DNA of 64,000 nt from Anthoceros angustus (lineage: Eukaryota; Plantae; Anthocerotophyta): NCBI GenBank assembly GCA_010909165.1, contig VJWM01000135.1, forward strand, positions 372,001 to 436,000, written 5' to 3'. A model generated the notes under the pieces. It was not told the DNA's origin. It saw only the letters and a program-made list of their open reading frames with translations, and searched no databases. Position numbers and translations under genes: made by a program. This document shows, piece by piece, positions 1 to 11,109 of the stretch (the first letter of the stretch is position 1; the number at the start of each line of letters is the position of its first letter).

Positions 1-1948
1 ACTAAGTGATTAAGTCTTACCTTCTGATTCTGAATTGACTTCTGGGCCAGACAGTACCTCCCATGCATCTCCCACTTCAGCATCTGCAAAGCGCCCATCG
101 GATACTTTCTCTGAGGGATGATTCTCTACCCTAAGGTCATTGGTATCAACATGACCAGCCTCCGAAATGCCATCCATCGCATTGTCCTCTTTTGTTCCTG
201 CATAAGAAGCATTGTCAGACTGAGTGGTCAAAAAAGCCCTCCACCGTGGAACCATGCAGTCATAGCATATTACAATGTATAATCTCACATCTAAACAACT
301 GACAAGAGGGACATGCTGACATACTAAGACCACGTAGAGGAGAGGCAACAGCTAAGCCCATGAGGTTACCAGTTACTCGACCGCGACCTCTTCCCCGTCC
401 AGCAGCCTCTTCGCGAGTTCTGTTAATTGCTAAATCTTTATGTACAGCTCCACTACTTACAACTTCCCCTTTCCGAATGGCTTCAAGGACAGCCTGAGCA
501 AAGAAACCCCGAAATGAGGGCAGACCTCCTTGTAAGCAGCCTACACATTTACTCGAGAGCTCAAGCTGATGAATAAATGAATACACAAGCAGATGCCTTA
601 CCTCCTCCTCTGACTCAGGGGCCTGAAACGCAAGCGGCACCAATGGCTCGGCCTGCACGAGCTGAGGAACCTCCACAAAACCATCGGGATATTTGGCAAA
701 TGAGGGCAGAATGACTGTCTTCCGATATATGTCTAGCAACTTTGCCCTCGGATACCTGAACGTGCCATCCTGAAGAGAACCTACTTTTCCCTGCCCCACG
801 TCCCACCTATCTACACCAAAAGAGGCTCCAATCCCGGGAGTCGGAGGTCCATGAAGCAGGCCAGTGGCAGTGAAATTAGCACGGCCCCGCCCGGCTGCAA
901 ACCCTACAGAATTCCCATCACCCCGACCCCTACCAACCCCAAACCCCGGTGCAAACTTGGGCGGAGTGGTCCCCGGAGGAGGAGCTTCCCCACGCCCCCT
1001 ACTGGCAAAAGAAGGCCTCCAAGCACGATCCCGGACGCCGGCATCCTGCTCGCTATCCCTAGTAGTAACAACGGGGGGAGGCATATGCCTCTCACGGTGG
1101 CCTTCTCCCTCCTTCTCCGGGTCGGTCCATTTCTCCCTCCTATCTTTCTCCTCCGGCCCCCACCGATTGCTCCACTTGCTGTCCCTCCGAGCCTCAAAAG
1201 GAGCGTCCCGGTTGGAGGCATCAGTGGTCCAACGCTCCGGTGCGGCGGGAGGCCGCCTACTGTCCAGGGGATCCCTCCCGGGGGCGTTGTCGGCCCACCT
1301 TCTTGTCTCCCCGCCGTCTCTTTCTCCTCCTTCCACCGGTCCCGCCACGGCGCTGTTTTCCTCTCCTCCTCCCGCCACCGATCCCGCCGCGTGTTGTCCA
1401 CCTCCCGATCCCGTTCCATGGACATGGAGCGCCACCAGTCCCGATCCCGCTTCCCGTCCCGGTTGCTGTCCCCGCCACGCCAGCGCTCCTTCCCCACCCC
1501 GTCCCCGTTCCCTCCATGCCCGGGAGTGCTAGGTGCCCGGGGGTTCTCCTGCAGATTCATCGGCTATGAGCACAGACGCACTCGCAAGAGTCCAGCTTCA
1601 GCCTTCAGATCCACACAAGCAAGCAAGACCGTACTGTACTCCCTTCCCAACAGTGAAGAAGAGAAAGAGGCATACCCCCGCCACTCCTGCCGGCTTGCTC
1701 TCCCCAGGCTTCGAAGTGAGCCATTGCGGTGAAAGCGGTATCGCGTTGTCCGGTCCAGCCAAATCTAGGAGACAAGCCAGCCAAAAAAAAACCAAAGTGA
1801 GCCGGGACCCGGAGCCCTACCGCTGAGCAGAGCAGTAGACAGACATCCCGAACCCGGAGAACCCCCTGCTGACAGACTGCGAGCATGCAGAGGTGGGGAG
1901 GGCAGGTAGGAGCATACCTTTCATGTCGGGATCAGCGAGTCCCAGCAT
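1..1948 (-). CDS. EXA1: GYF-domain protein, EXA1/GIGYF homologue (5' exons; gene continues beyond window start)
   Basis: Spliced translation MLGLADPDMK|DLAGPDNAIPLSPQWLTSKPGESKP...DRWREEER...DSKWSNRWGPEEKD...FRYPRAKLLDIYRK matches the N-terminus of plant EXA1-type GYF proteins. GT-AG introns at 1917-1765 and 1675-1549. One apparent 1-bp frameshift near 1325. Confidence 0.85.
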
Positions 1949-2699
1949 GAGATTGGATGATCTGCCAACACCAGTCCCAGCGACGGCGGCGGCTTGCGAT
2001 CAGAGCAGCAGCGGGCGCTCAGGTTGCAGCCAGCGACGTCGCGAGCAGAGGCGAGCCCGACGAGTGGGTTTAGCAGAGCACAAGCAGAGTGGCGGCGGCG
2101 CAGAGTCGACGCGGGCGCAGGCGTGAGCGAGAGCGTGAGCCCTGTGTGAGCCTGAGCAAGGAAGCCGAGAGGGGGTTTTGCCTTGGAACGGGGTTTTGCC
2201 TTCACCCTTCACTCAAAACTTGAACGCCAACCAAAACTGCTCGTTACTTCAATTTTCAAGTATCACGTCCTCCCACATATATATGTGCATGCCTACAAAA
2301 CCCCGGGATTTCCTTTTTGGCTTTTTCCGACACAACCATCGCTTTGAAACCTTCCCACTTGGGAGTTTCTATCATATTTCTCCCACCTTTGATCTAGGTA
2401 TCTATCTACCTACACTAGTAAGGTTTCATATTACATAAGTATGAAACTATATAAAATAAAATTGATATGTGTATACTAGCTTTGAAACTTGATCCTTCTA
2501 TACCGATATTTTTTTTAAGTATGCATATCGAACCCTTCTAAGGTGAGATTCTTTATTGAGGGGAGGAGATGCCAGAGAGAGCCCATCCAGCACAAGACAT
2601 CAACGGGAGACCTCCAAGTATTAGGGTAAAAAAAAAAGTAACTAAGTTCCATCCCTAAAGTTGCCTATTGCGGCGATAATGCCATATGCAAGAAGAATG

Positions 2700-3450
2700 A
2701 AGGGCCTATGTACTACTCAGGTCAAAGAGGATGCATCACCTGCTGTTGATGCCGTACAAAGGATCGTCGCTGCAAATGCCCGTTGGAGGGCAATGGATAT
2801 GCGTTGCCAGAAGAATGTCGTAAAGTAGGAAAGTGATACCCTGCACTATGCCTGCGAGCATGGTAAGCTTTGGCACAGGACGTAAGTTCTTGAATAAAGC
2901 CCCATACGTTTCCGGGGCAAACGGAATGAAGAGATGGTGCGCTTGCATCCTGTTGTACTTCCAGACATTGAGAACTGCTGCAATAGCTGCTGCCCAACTT
3001 GGACTGTTAATTAGGTCCAGGTTGCAGCTCGTATAGGTCAAGGACCGCCACATCCGCCACCAAGACTTGGTCGCCACGGACGAGGTGCAAGTCAGTCCTC
3101 AGTGTCCAACCTGTACGAAGAGTGTACCAACGCTCCCTCCAAGCCAAGCAACCACCTTCGCGAGTCATTGCGAACATGACGTTGCGGATACCATTATGGC
3201 AATATGTTGAGCTGCATGGGGCTCAACGTATTGCCATGACGGCCTCATATTGATATATTCCACAGTCATCAAGGGCAGAGCCGCACTCACATGTAAGAAG
3301 AGCGGGCCATAGGACAAGAAGTTACAATGAAATGAGAGAATCCACCCCTCCGTGTGGAGGGGTCCAGGCAATTTGACCACCTCTCCTTTCACTGTTTCCC
3401 AATTTTCCCAACAACGAAGGGTGAGATCCGGCCCCATTAATAGGAGCCAT
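2700..3450 (-). mobile_element. Degenerate 3' part of an RLE-type (CRE/R2-like) non-LTR retrotransposon: CCHC knuckle plus restriction-like endonuclease
   Basis: Across frameshifts the minus strand gives CECGSALDDCG...CHNGIRNVMFAMTREGG...LRTDLHLVRGDQVLVADVAVLD...WAAAIAAVLNVWKY...FIPFAPETYG, the typical knuckle / RxD..D / KY / FxPxAxETxG order. Confidence 0.65.
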
Positions 3451-3523
3451 ATAAGTTTACGTCCTCCTTTTGAAGAGCATCATTTTTTATTTTCCAATGG
3501 CCCCCAAGAACCATTTGCAGTGG

Positions 3524-3711
3524 TTCTGAATCAGGCGAGACTGCCGAAGTCCCGAGTATGGTTTTAAATCAAGCGACACTGCCGATGTGCCGAGTATTGT
3601 TCTGAATCAGGCGAGACTGCCGAAGTCCCGAGTATGCTTCATGAAGGCTGGGACCGCCGAAGTCCTGAGTATGCTTCATGGAGGTTAAGACCGCCGAAGT
3701 CCCGAGTATTC
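3524..3711. repeat. Tandem repeat, 5 x ~37-38 bp (core GACTGCCGAAGTCCCGAGTAT)
   Basis: Five degenerate units read directly, adjacent to the 5' side of the RLE remnant. Confidence 0.85.
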
Positions 3712-4288
3712 CTTAGGTTGTCATCAAATATGTTAGTCTTGCAGCTAAAAATGAAACCTCTTGTCAACAAAGCATGCATTATCCAATGCAGCATATTGCT
3801 TTAGATCAAAAGGCCTACAAAGGTTGCGAGGCTAGGTGTTAGAAAATCGCACACACACGTTATGCATAGCATCCCGGCTGCTCAAGAAATACATCAGAAA
3901 CTAAAGTTCCATTTCAAAAGCTCAAAGTTTCTAGGAGTTCTCTCCTTTGCACAACGCTCCGAGCCGCAACTTCAATAACTGCAGTTTCTAGCCCTACCTG
4001 CCAGTTTTTCTTCTCACACGCCGTCATCTTTACGCTCCACCTCAGGCCACGTTCAGCCTTGCTTCAATTCATGATTTTAGAACATTCGCATTCCCTTGGT
4101 GTGGTCGTCCTACAATAGGCAGCCCTCTCCACTCGACAGAAATCAGGGTTTACTAACCCATCTTTTGATATGTGATTTAGTAATTATAATTTATCTATCT
4201 ATATAATAAGAAATTACCACAATGCTATCACGCTATGTTATGACAATGATCAAAATGCTAGTCTGCTCGCGAGGGAGCTGCTCATGTG

Positions 4289-4561
4289 CTATCTGTCATG
4301 GAGGAGGCTCCTAGGTGGAATTGTAGGATATGAAGCTGGCATGACGGAGATGGAAAACTCCACAACAAAGGCATCAATGTCCATGACAACATCCTTCACA
4401 AGGGTTTGAAGGAGCTTGTTGGTGATACTGAGGTTATCACAACGTAGTTTAGGGAGCTGTATCATGCTAGCGAAGGCTACAAGTTCAAGGCTACTATAAA
4501 GTTGCTTCCTGAGGAGTGGGCGAACATGGATGAGCTTCTTCTTCTTATCTATGGGCGACAC
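4289..4561 (-). other. Intronless ORF fragment of unknown identity, probably a TE remnant
   Basis: Protein-like 90-aa stretch (LVAFASMIQLPKLR...DAFVVEFSISVMPASYPTIPPRSLLHDR) with no assignable domain or gene structure. Confidence 0.25.
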
Positions 4562-5561
4562 CCTTCACAGAGCAATGGACAGAAAGTCCCCCGCTCCACG
4601 GAGCTTGGTATTCTCTTAGAGAAGTTGCTACACAATGCTGTTAATTAAGCTTTATGCCTTGTGAAGACCGAGAAGGTGAAGACTGCAAAGAAGAAAGAGC
4701 AAAAATCAGAGGTGGAAAAGAAGCATGAGGAACACGAGGAGGAGGTAGGGGGAGAGGCCGAGGTTGATGAGAGGAAGGAGGCACAACCTATGGTTTCAGG
4801 AAGTCACACAAGCGGCTATCATGAAATTGACAGTGAAGTTGAGATTCTGGAGTATATGGTTATGTGTTTAGCTAGCGTGCTTTCCTCTTCTTATTCCGTG
4901 AAGAGGATTGCTAGCCAGACATGGCACCCACACCTCCACAGCACAGCAGGGTAGCAGGCACAGCAGGCGAAGGCCGCGATAGAGGAATGTGGAGCAAGAA
5001 TGGAGGGCGGGGTGGAGGACGAGCCGCAGCGATGGCGGCGCGACACACAAACTCAAACGCGAGGGAGACAGTGCAGAGTTGCAGGCAATGGCGGCGCAGA
5101 GGAGATGGGCGCAAGGTAGGGGAGGGGAGGGCGGTCAGGTCGCGCTTGGGTTTCATATCAACGAAGTTACTCCATATAGCAGAAGGTAAAAAAGGTTAAA
5201 ATTAAAGGTTAATATTGAAATTAATTTTAAATCATCATATATAAGTAATTTTAAGGTAAAATAAATTGCTATAGGTAAATCATGGGAAGGTAAAAATAAA
5301 TAATTAAGTAATCACAAGTGACATTTCAAATTTTGAATTTTAACCTCACACACTCTCTTAAGGTGACCACATATGGCTTGAGATTTGGTACTAATGTGTG
5401 GCAGCTTGTACCCACTTAAAAACTTTTTCGTAAGAAAGGGGTAATGAATAGTTGTTTAATGAAATTATGAATAAATTTAAAATCACAATCATTATATTAA
5501 AAATACAATACAAATATAATTTCTTATATAATAAAATTACTATCTTTTATGTATAAGATAG

Positions 5562-6053
5562 TTAGCAAAACCAAGAATGGTTTAGAATTTGTTGTGCATC
5601 CGGTCTACACTCTTGTTCTAATTGTAACATCGAGTGCACTAGATTTTTTACTTCCTTTGAGGTGTTGGGCCACTCATCTAGGTCCAATTGAGTTATCCAT
5701 TCTCCTTTTTTAGTGTCAAACTCATAACCTATATGAGGATGATTTTTGGTTAAAGCTTCATACGGAATTACTCCTGCGCTCCAAATATCGGCTTTGAAAG
5801 TATGTAATTCATATCCGCTCCTATTTAGTGTCAAACTCATAACCTATATGAGGATGATTTTTGGTTAAAGCTTCATACGGAATTACTCCTGCGCTCCAAA
5901 TATCGGCTTTGAAAGTATGTAATTCATATCCGCTCCTATTTAGTGTCAAACTCATAACCTATATGAGGATGATTTTTGGTTAAAGCTTCATACGGAATTA
6001 CTCCTGCGCTCCAAATATCGGCTTTGAAAGTATGTAATTCATATCCGCTCCTA
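5562..6053 (-). pseudogene. Ser/Thr protein kinase C-terminal fragment (subdomains IX-XI), AT-rich, partly triplicated
   Basis: KADIWSAGVIPYE...VKNLVHSMLQLEQECRPDAQQILNHSWF. No intact N-lobe seen; the upstream repeat copies end in stops. Confidence 0.7.
5708..6053. repeat. Tandem repeat, 3 x 115 bp, near-identical
   Basis: TAGTGTCAAACTCATAACC recurs at 5711, 5826 and 5941. Confidence 0.95.
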
Positions 6054-6275
6054 TGCACAGTATGCTTATGAAACTTTATATGCAAGAATAATGGATAATA
6101 TGATTTTAAAGTTCATGGGAGTATTTATTTTAGTTTAGGTCTCGCCCTTTGAGAAATTAGCGTACTCTTCAGGGAAACTTGTAGAGAACAAGTATAGAGA
6201 ATTCGTTAACATGGGCCGGAATATATATGCATACAGTCATCCCTCACGAAAGGAGAACATCAATCTTCATTGAAC

Positions 6276-6657
6276 AAACCTTAAGAACCATAGATAACAC
6301 GATTATTAAAAGTTATTTGGAAGAATAATAAATAACGAGATTTTGAAGTTCATAGGAGGAACTATTTCGTTGTAGGTCAAGCTTGTAATTAACATAAAAC
6401 CTTAAGAACCATAGATAACACGATTATTAAAAGTTATTTGGAAGAATAATAAATAACGAGATTTTGAAGTTCATAGGAGGAACTATTTCGTTGTAGGTCA
6501 AGCTTGGCCGTTGGGTAATTAACATACAAACCTTAAGAACCATAGATAACACGATTATTAAAAGTTATTTGGAAGAATAATAAATAACGAGATTTTGAAG
6601 TTCATAGGAGGAACTATTTCGTTGTAGGTCAAGCTTGGCCGTTGGGTAATTAACATG
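6276..6657. repeat. Tandem repeat, 3 x 121-131 bp, AT-rich
   Basis: AAACCTTAAGAACCATAGATAACACG recurs at 6276, 6397 and 6528. Flanks 6170-6285 and 6660-6780 also resemble each other. Confidence 0.9.
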
Positions 6658-8805
6658 CCTTGTAGGGAAAACTGCAAGAAACAAGTATACAGAATACTTA
6701 AACACACGCCGGAATATACATGCATACACCCATCTCTCTATAAAGGTAAATATCAATCTTCAATGAACAAACCTTAACAATCGTAGATCACACTGTGAAG
6801 CTCAATCTTTTGCTTCTCTACAGTTATGTCTTTGTAAAATGCTTCCTTCTTACCTTCGATGGCTATTTCTTGCTCCTTCTATTGAGCTATTGAATCTAGC
6901 AACGTTTGCACTTGTACAAGGAGGTAATATGCAAAGTAGGCCAGCTCAAATGTACTCATCGCATACTTCTAAAATAAGAAAATTGGCATCCCGAATCCTC
7001 AATCTATAAGCTTGATCACATCTTGCGAGCACAACCAAAGAAGACTTCCATTGCAGGGTAACTTGCTTCTTTCAGAGTTGATGCTTTGCATCTCCATCCT
7101 AGCCTCAATCAAAGCCTTGTAAGGAACCTTGATCTCTCGTTGCTGAGCTGTTTTCATATTTGAATGAAAAGGCAGACAACTAAACATGCAACCTGACGGA
7201 TACCATCTCACACAATGATGTGCACATTGCGAGGATGTAGAATCGGTGGTAAGACTGAATCGAGAGGGACAGACCTAGCAATTGAGCTTTGCACAAACCG
7301 AGCTTGCTTTTAGCACGTCTCAGTCGTTGTTGTAGCTAAGTGATGAGTATATTCAGCGCATGCTTCTTCTTCACCTTCCGCCCTGACAACATGTTCCTTT
7401 CTTGCATAAGTTGCCCGTCGGCTGATTGCAATCTCAATCTTAAGCTCTTCATTGTACGCCTCGATGTGCTACAACGTAGCTCCAGGTGGGAGCCCGTGCC
7501 TAATCTCACAAATTGTAGGGTCCTGGTTTGGGACTATGTACTTGGAGTTTCACCACTTACATACAATGTTTCTTCAGGGATGAAGAAACCCCACACACCG
7601 GGTGTAATTTTTATGGATCCCTTGAATACTACCTCAAAAGGGTTACGTTTAATGTAGGGTCTACATATCAGTTGACACACCGTTTCATAACTGATAAACT
7701 ATTGTTAGAATTGCATATGAAACAAATAGAACCTTGGCACAAATTGGTGTTTGAAACACATGAGAAATAGAAACCTTGGCACAAATTGTTATTGGAAACG
7801 CAACGAAATAGAAGCCTTGGGGGTATTTTCAGGATTGTTAACCCCAGAATGCTAAATCGAGTGGATTTGCGAATGTTTGGGCTCAATGAGTTTTTTCGAG
7901 GTGCCTCGAGACTTGACACCCTTGAGCCAAGTTTGCTGTAAGTGTGTGGAGCATGGCAAATATTGAAGGGGAAAAATCGGCTATGTCAATCGTGAAACAT
8001 AGCAGAATGTCACATATCGAGCTCATAGATTCCAAAACCGCTACTCGGGAAGCTGAAAACCGCTTAGAAGAAGAAGAAGAAGAATTTTATTTCAGTCCAC
8101 TAAGGACGGATTTCCGTCATGGGACTTGGTACTTGACAACTTGTACCATGGTGTGCCTAAGCTACTTGCACCAAGGGCATCCACTCCCTTTAGGCACCCC
8201 ATCTAAGTACCGATCTAAGCTCATGATGCTTAATCATGAGCTTAGATCACGGCGTTCTTATAAATGTGTGTCCATTTGGCCTAAGCCATTTGGACACACA
8301 TTAGGCGTTATGGGATTAACATCAAAATGGGCTCAATTCGATCTTGAAGCCCTTCTTCCCTTAGGGCAAAATATAAAAAATTTGGATCAATTATCCACTG
8401 ATTTCCTAATCCTTTTATAATAGCTCTTGTATGATGAGGACGGAATCATCGTTCTTATTATGCTTACTTCATACGCAGTTAAGTGCACAAGACAAGTCTT
8501 AGATACAGTATTTCTTAGAATTATTACAAATGAAGTTAAGTGTACTAGACCACTTAAGGTGGAGAAATCATAAGAGAAGAACAGTGGAATCTGGTGCAGA
8601 GCAGGGGACAAAGGAAACTCAGCCGCCATCACCAAAAGTTGCTAGGATTACGGCTTATGCATCGTGCAGGGATTTTCACCCCGATATTAAGACGAAGCTG
8701 AATCGAAAACCTGCATAAGCGGCTCACACAGAAACTGAGACGAAAATCTGCGTGATTGGAGGAAGAGTTAAAACAAAAGAACAATCTCTGGGGTCCAACG
8801 ACCCG

Positions 8806-10936
8806 CTATACAGGTAGCCCGGAGTTGGCATTCAAGAGGGAGACTGCAGGCAACAAGCCAGCACCCTTTCCTGGTCTAGTAGATATCAAGTAACCAAGCT
8901 CTCCAGGTATCCGTGCAAGGTTGCTACTACCAGCCATTTCTGGAGGCAGGGGCAATTTATGCAAGTCCTCCAAGGAGCTTATTCCAGCTCTCTGGACCAA
9001 TGTTTGATCCCCAATAACATATCTGTACATGCAGCACGGTGGATCTTTAGCCATGTTGGGATCACTGGGAGGGGCCATGAGCATGATACCAAAATGAAAT
9101 CAGGACGGACAGCCAAACCTTGAAAGTTCGACATCAGGGCCAGGGGGGAACTGATAAAGTAGGCGGTGTAACAACTGTCCCGCAACTTCTGTGTTTCGAG
9201 CAAATAGCACAGCATTTGGACCAGCATCAAACGTGTATGCTACCTGCTCCAACCATGGAACAAGTTAGACGGCCAAGGACTCTTAACAGGAGGAAGCTTA
9301 TCCACTTCAGTGCTTGGCAGTTGAGGTAAGAAGCATGCCTGAGGGCTTCCAGTAACCTTGTTCCACCGCTCTACAAGGCCGATAATCCTGCAACCATCAC
9401 AAGGACAAGGTTATTCTGTATCACAAGCCAAGATTAGTGTGAACTGAAAGAAGAGGAAGTAGAGCTTGGCTGAAGAACAAGCCTGCGAGATGTCTCATTC
9501 AGGTAGAAGATTGGTGGGGAGGTATCCAGGCAAGTAGCATGGAACTGGTTGCTGTCCGCACAAGTAAGGGCCGCAAAGGTCCCAAAGTCATGCGTTTTAA
9601 TAGCTTCCTCCATTTGAAGGATACGTTTCGGGACGACGTTCTGAGCAACACAGCAATCAGCCCAAGAGGACCACAATGTACCTTGAAGCCCATAAGCCCA
9701 TTAACTATCATACGAGATGTCGTACCTCTGCTCTAAACTTCAAGAGAGGGCTTGTAAGTACACTTCCTTGCATTCCTGAAGTGCTACTAGTCTCCTTCTC
9801 CCGAGAGCTAACCTGCGAGAATGGAGAGAAGCAACAGTGTCAGCTGCTACCTAGTTACCAAATTCAGAGCCAACCACCAGGGCCTGCAGAGGAAGTGATC
9901 TACACACCACTGCAATGATGATAACCAGATCTTTCCAATGAGATTCGTCTGCAATTTGGACTGCAATGCTGTCCCTCCCATTTTCTTCCTTGCTTTGCAG
10001 TACAGGGAACAGAGTTCATGTCAGATGTTCTATCTGCTCTTCTTCCACATGAAATTCATACATCCACAGCAGAGCTGAAGGGTATGAAGTACCTGCCCCA
10101 TCTCCCACTTGACAAACCCGCCGTACAAACTTCGACAAGCACTACCAGATCCACGCCTGCAACAGCCATCACATGTTCTAACCTGCAGGCTTCAAACGTC
10201 GCAAAGCACACCTACAGAAAGACAATGCGAGCAATACCGAGCGATGGCAGAAAGCTCCCCGGTGTATGCCTCCTTCACCCCCATCAACTGTGCCAGGGCA
10301 TAAACTGCAGTAATTCCGGACCCCACTCATCAAATAGGCAGACTAACCCAGGAAACATCCAACCTATCTAGAACTTTCCGACCCAGCGCTGCCAACACAG
10401 GGGCGTCAAATCGTACCTAAGCACGCGAATCCCGCTGCCGATGACGCCAGACCTGCAGCTGTTGGGAAGTTATTGACAGACGCAATGTGCACATGCAGAT
10501 TCTGCCAGTCTTGCTTGGTGATGACTCGCCCAGTGCTTTCATCCAAAACATCCGAAGCTCGGGAACGTATTTCCCGCAGGCAATTCTTATACCGCTCACC
10601 ATCGACAGACACTTCCTGTAGGCCCCAATTTCAGTCCAAGCACAGGGGCATGCAATCCGAGAAAGATCACTACAATGTTGATGGGCAGCTCACCTTGCCA
10701 TTCAACCAGAGGCGATCGGAAGAAAAAGAAGAGCTGGCAGCGACAGTAGTCGTCGCCGAAAGGTGCTCCGGATCAAGAGTGACGCTGATGCTGGAGTTGA
10801 TGGGCAGGATGAGCTTCTCGTCCCGCTTTCCCCAGTACTTGATCACGGCGATGTTGCTCGGGGCCCTGGCTGTCTTCATCACGATGGGTGCCGGAGCAGG
10901 CCCATCTTCCGCCTGCGGGTTGGTCTCTACGCCCAT
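8806..10936 (-). CDS. MVD: Diphosphomevalonate decarboxylase (multi-exon)
   Basis: [86 protein letters not shown] and [13 protein letters not shown]; stop at 8806. Confidence 0.97.
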
Positions 10937-11109
10937 GTTGCCCCTCGCGAAGGCCGAGACAATGCCGACAGAAGCGGTCGATTCCGGAGACAGCGGGAGG
11001 CAGAGACAGCTTCACACTGTCGCACTTATGACGAGAGGGGAAAGAAAACACTGTTTGAGCGAGCCGCAGACCACATTCAGTGCCCTGGTATTGCTCCTGC
11101 GACGCTCCC
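10937..11109. promoter_or_regulatory. Short head-to-head intergenic region, putative bidirectional promoter (MVD / Ycf23-like)
   Basis: Divergent start codons at 10936 (-) and 11110 (+), 173 bp apart. Confidence 0.5.

Noticed and set aside
851-1732. Long plus-strand ORFs (up to 293 aa)
   Set aside because: Antisense shadows of the GC-rich EXA1 exon; no motifs of their own.
3524-6657. Regularly spaced repeats as a possible CRISPR array
   Set aside because: Head-to-tail tandem units without unique spacers, no cas genes, and a eukaryotic context.
6790-7500. Protein-like fragments on the minus strand
   Set aside because: Stops in all frames and no recognisable domain.
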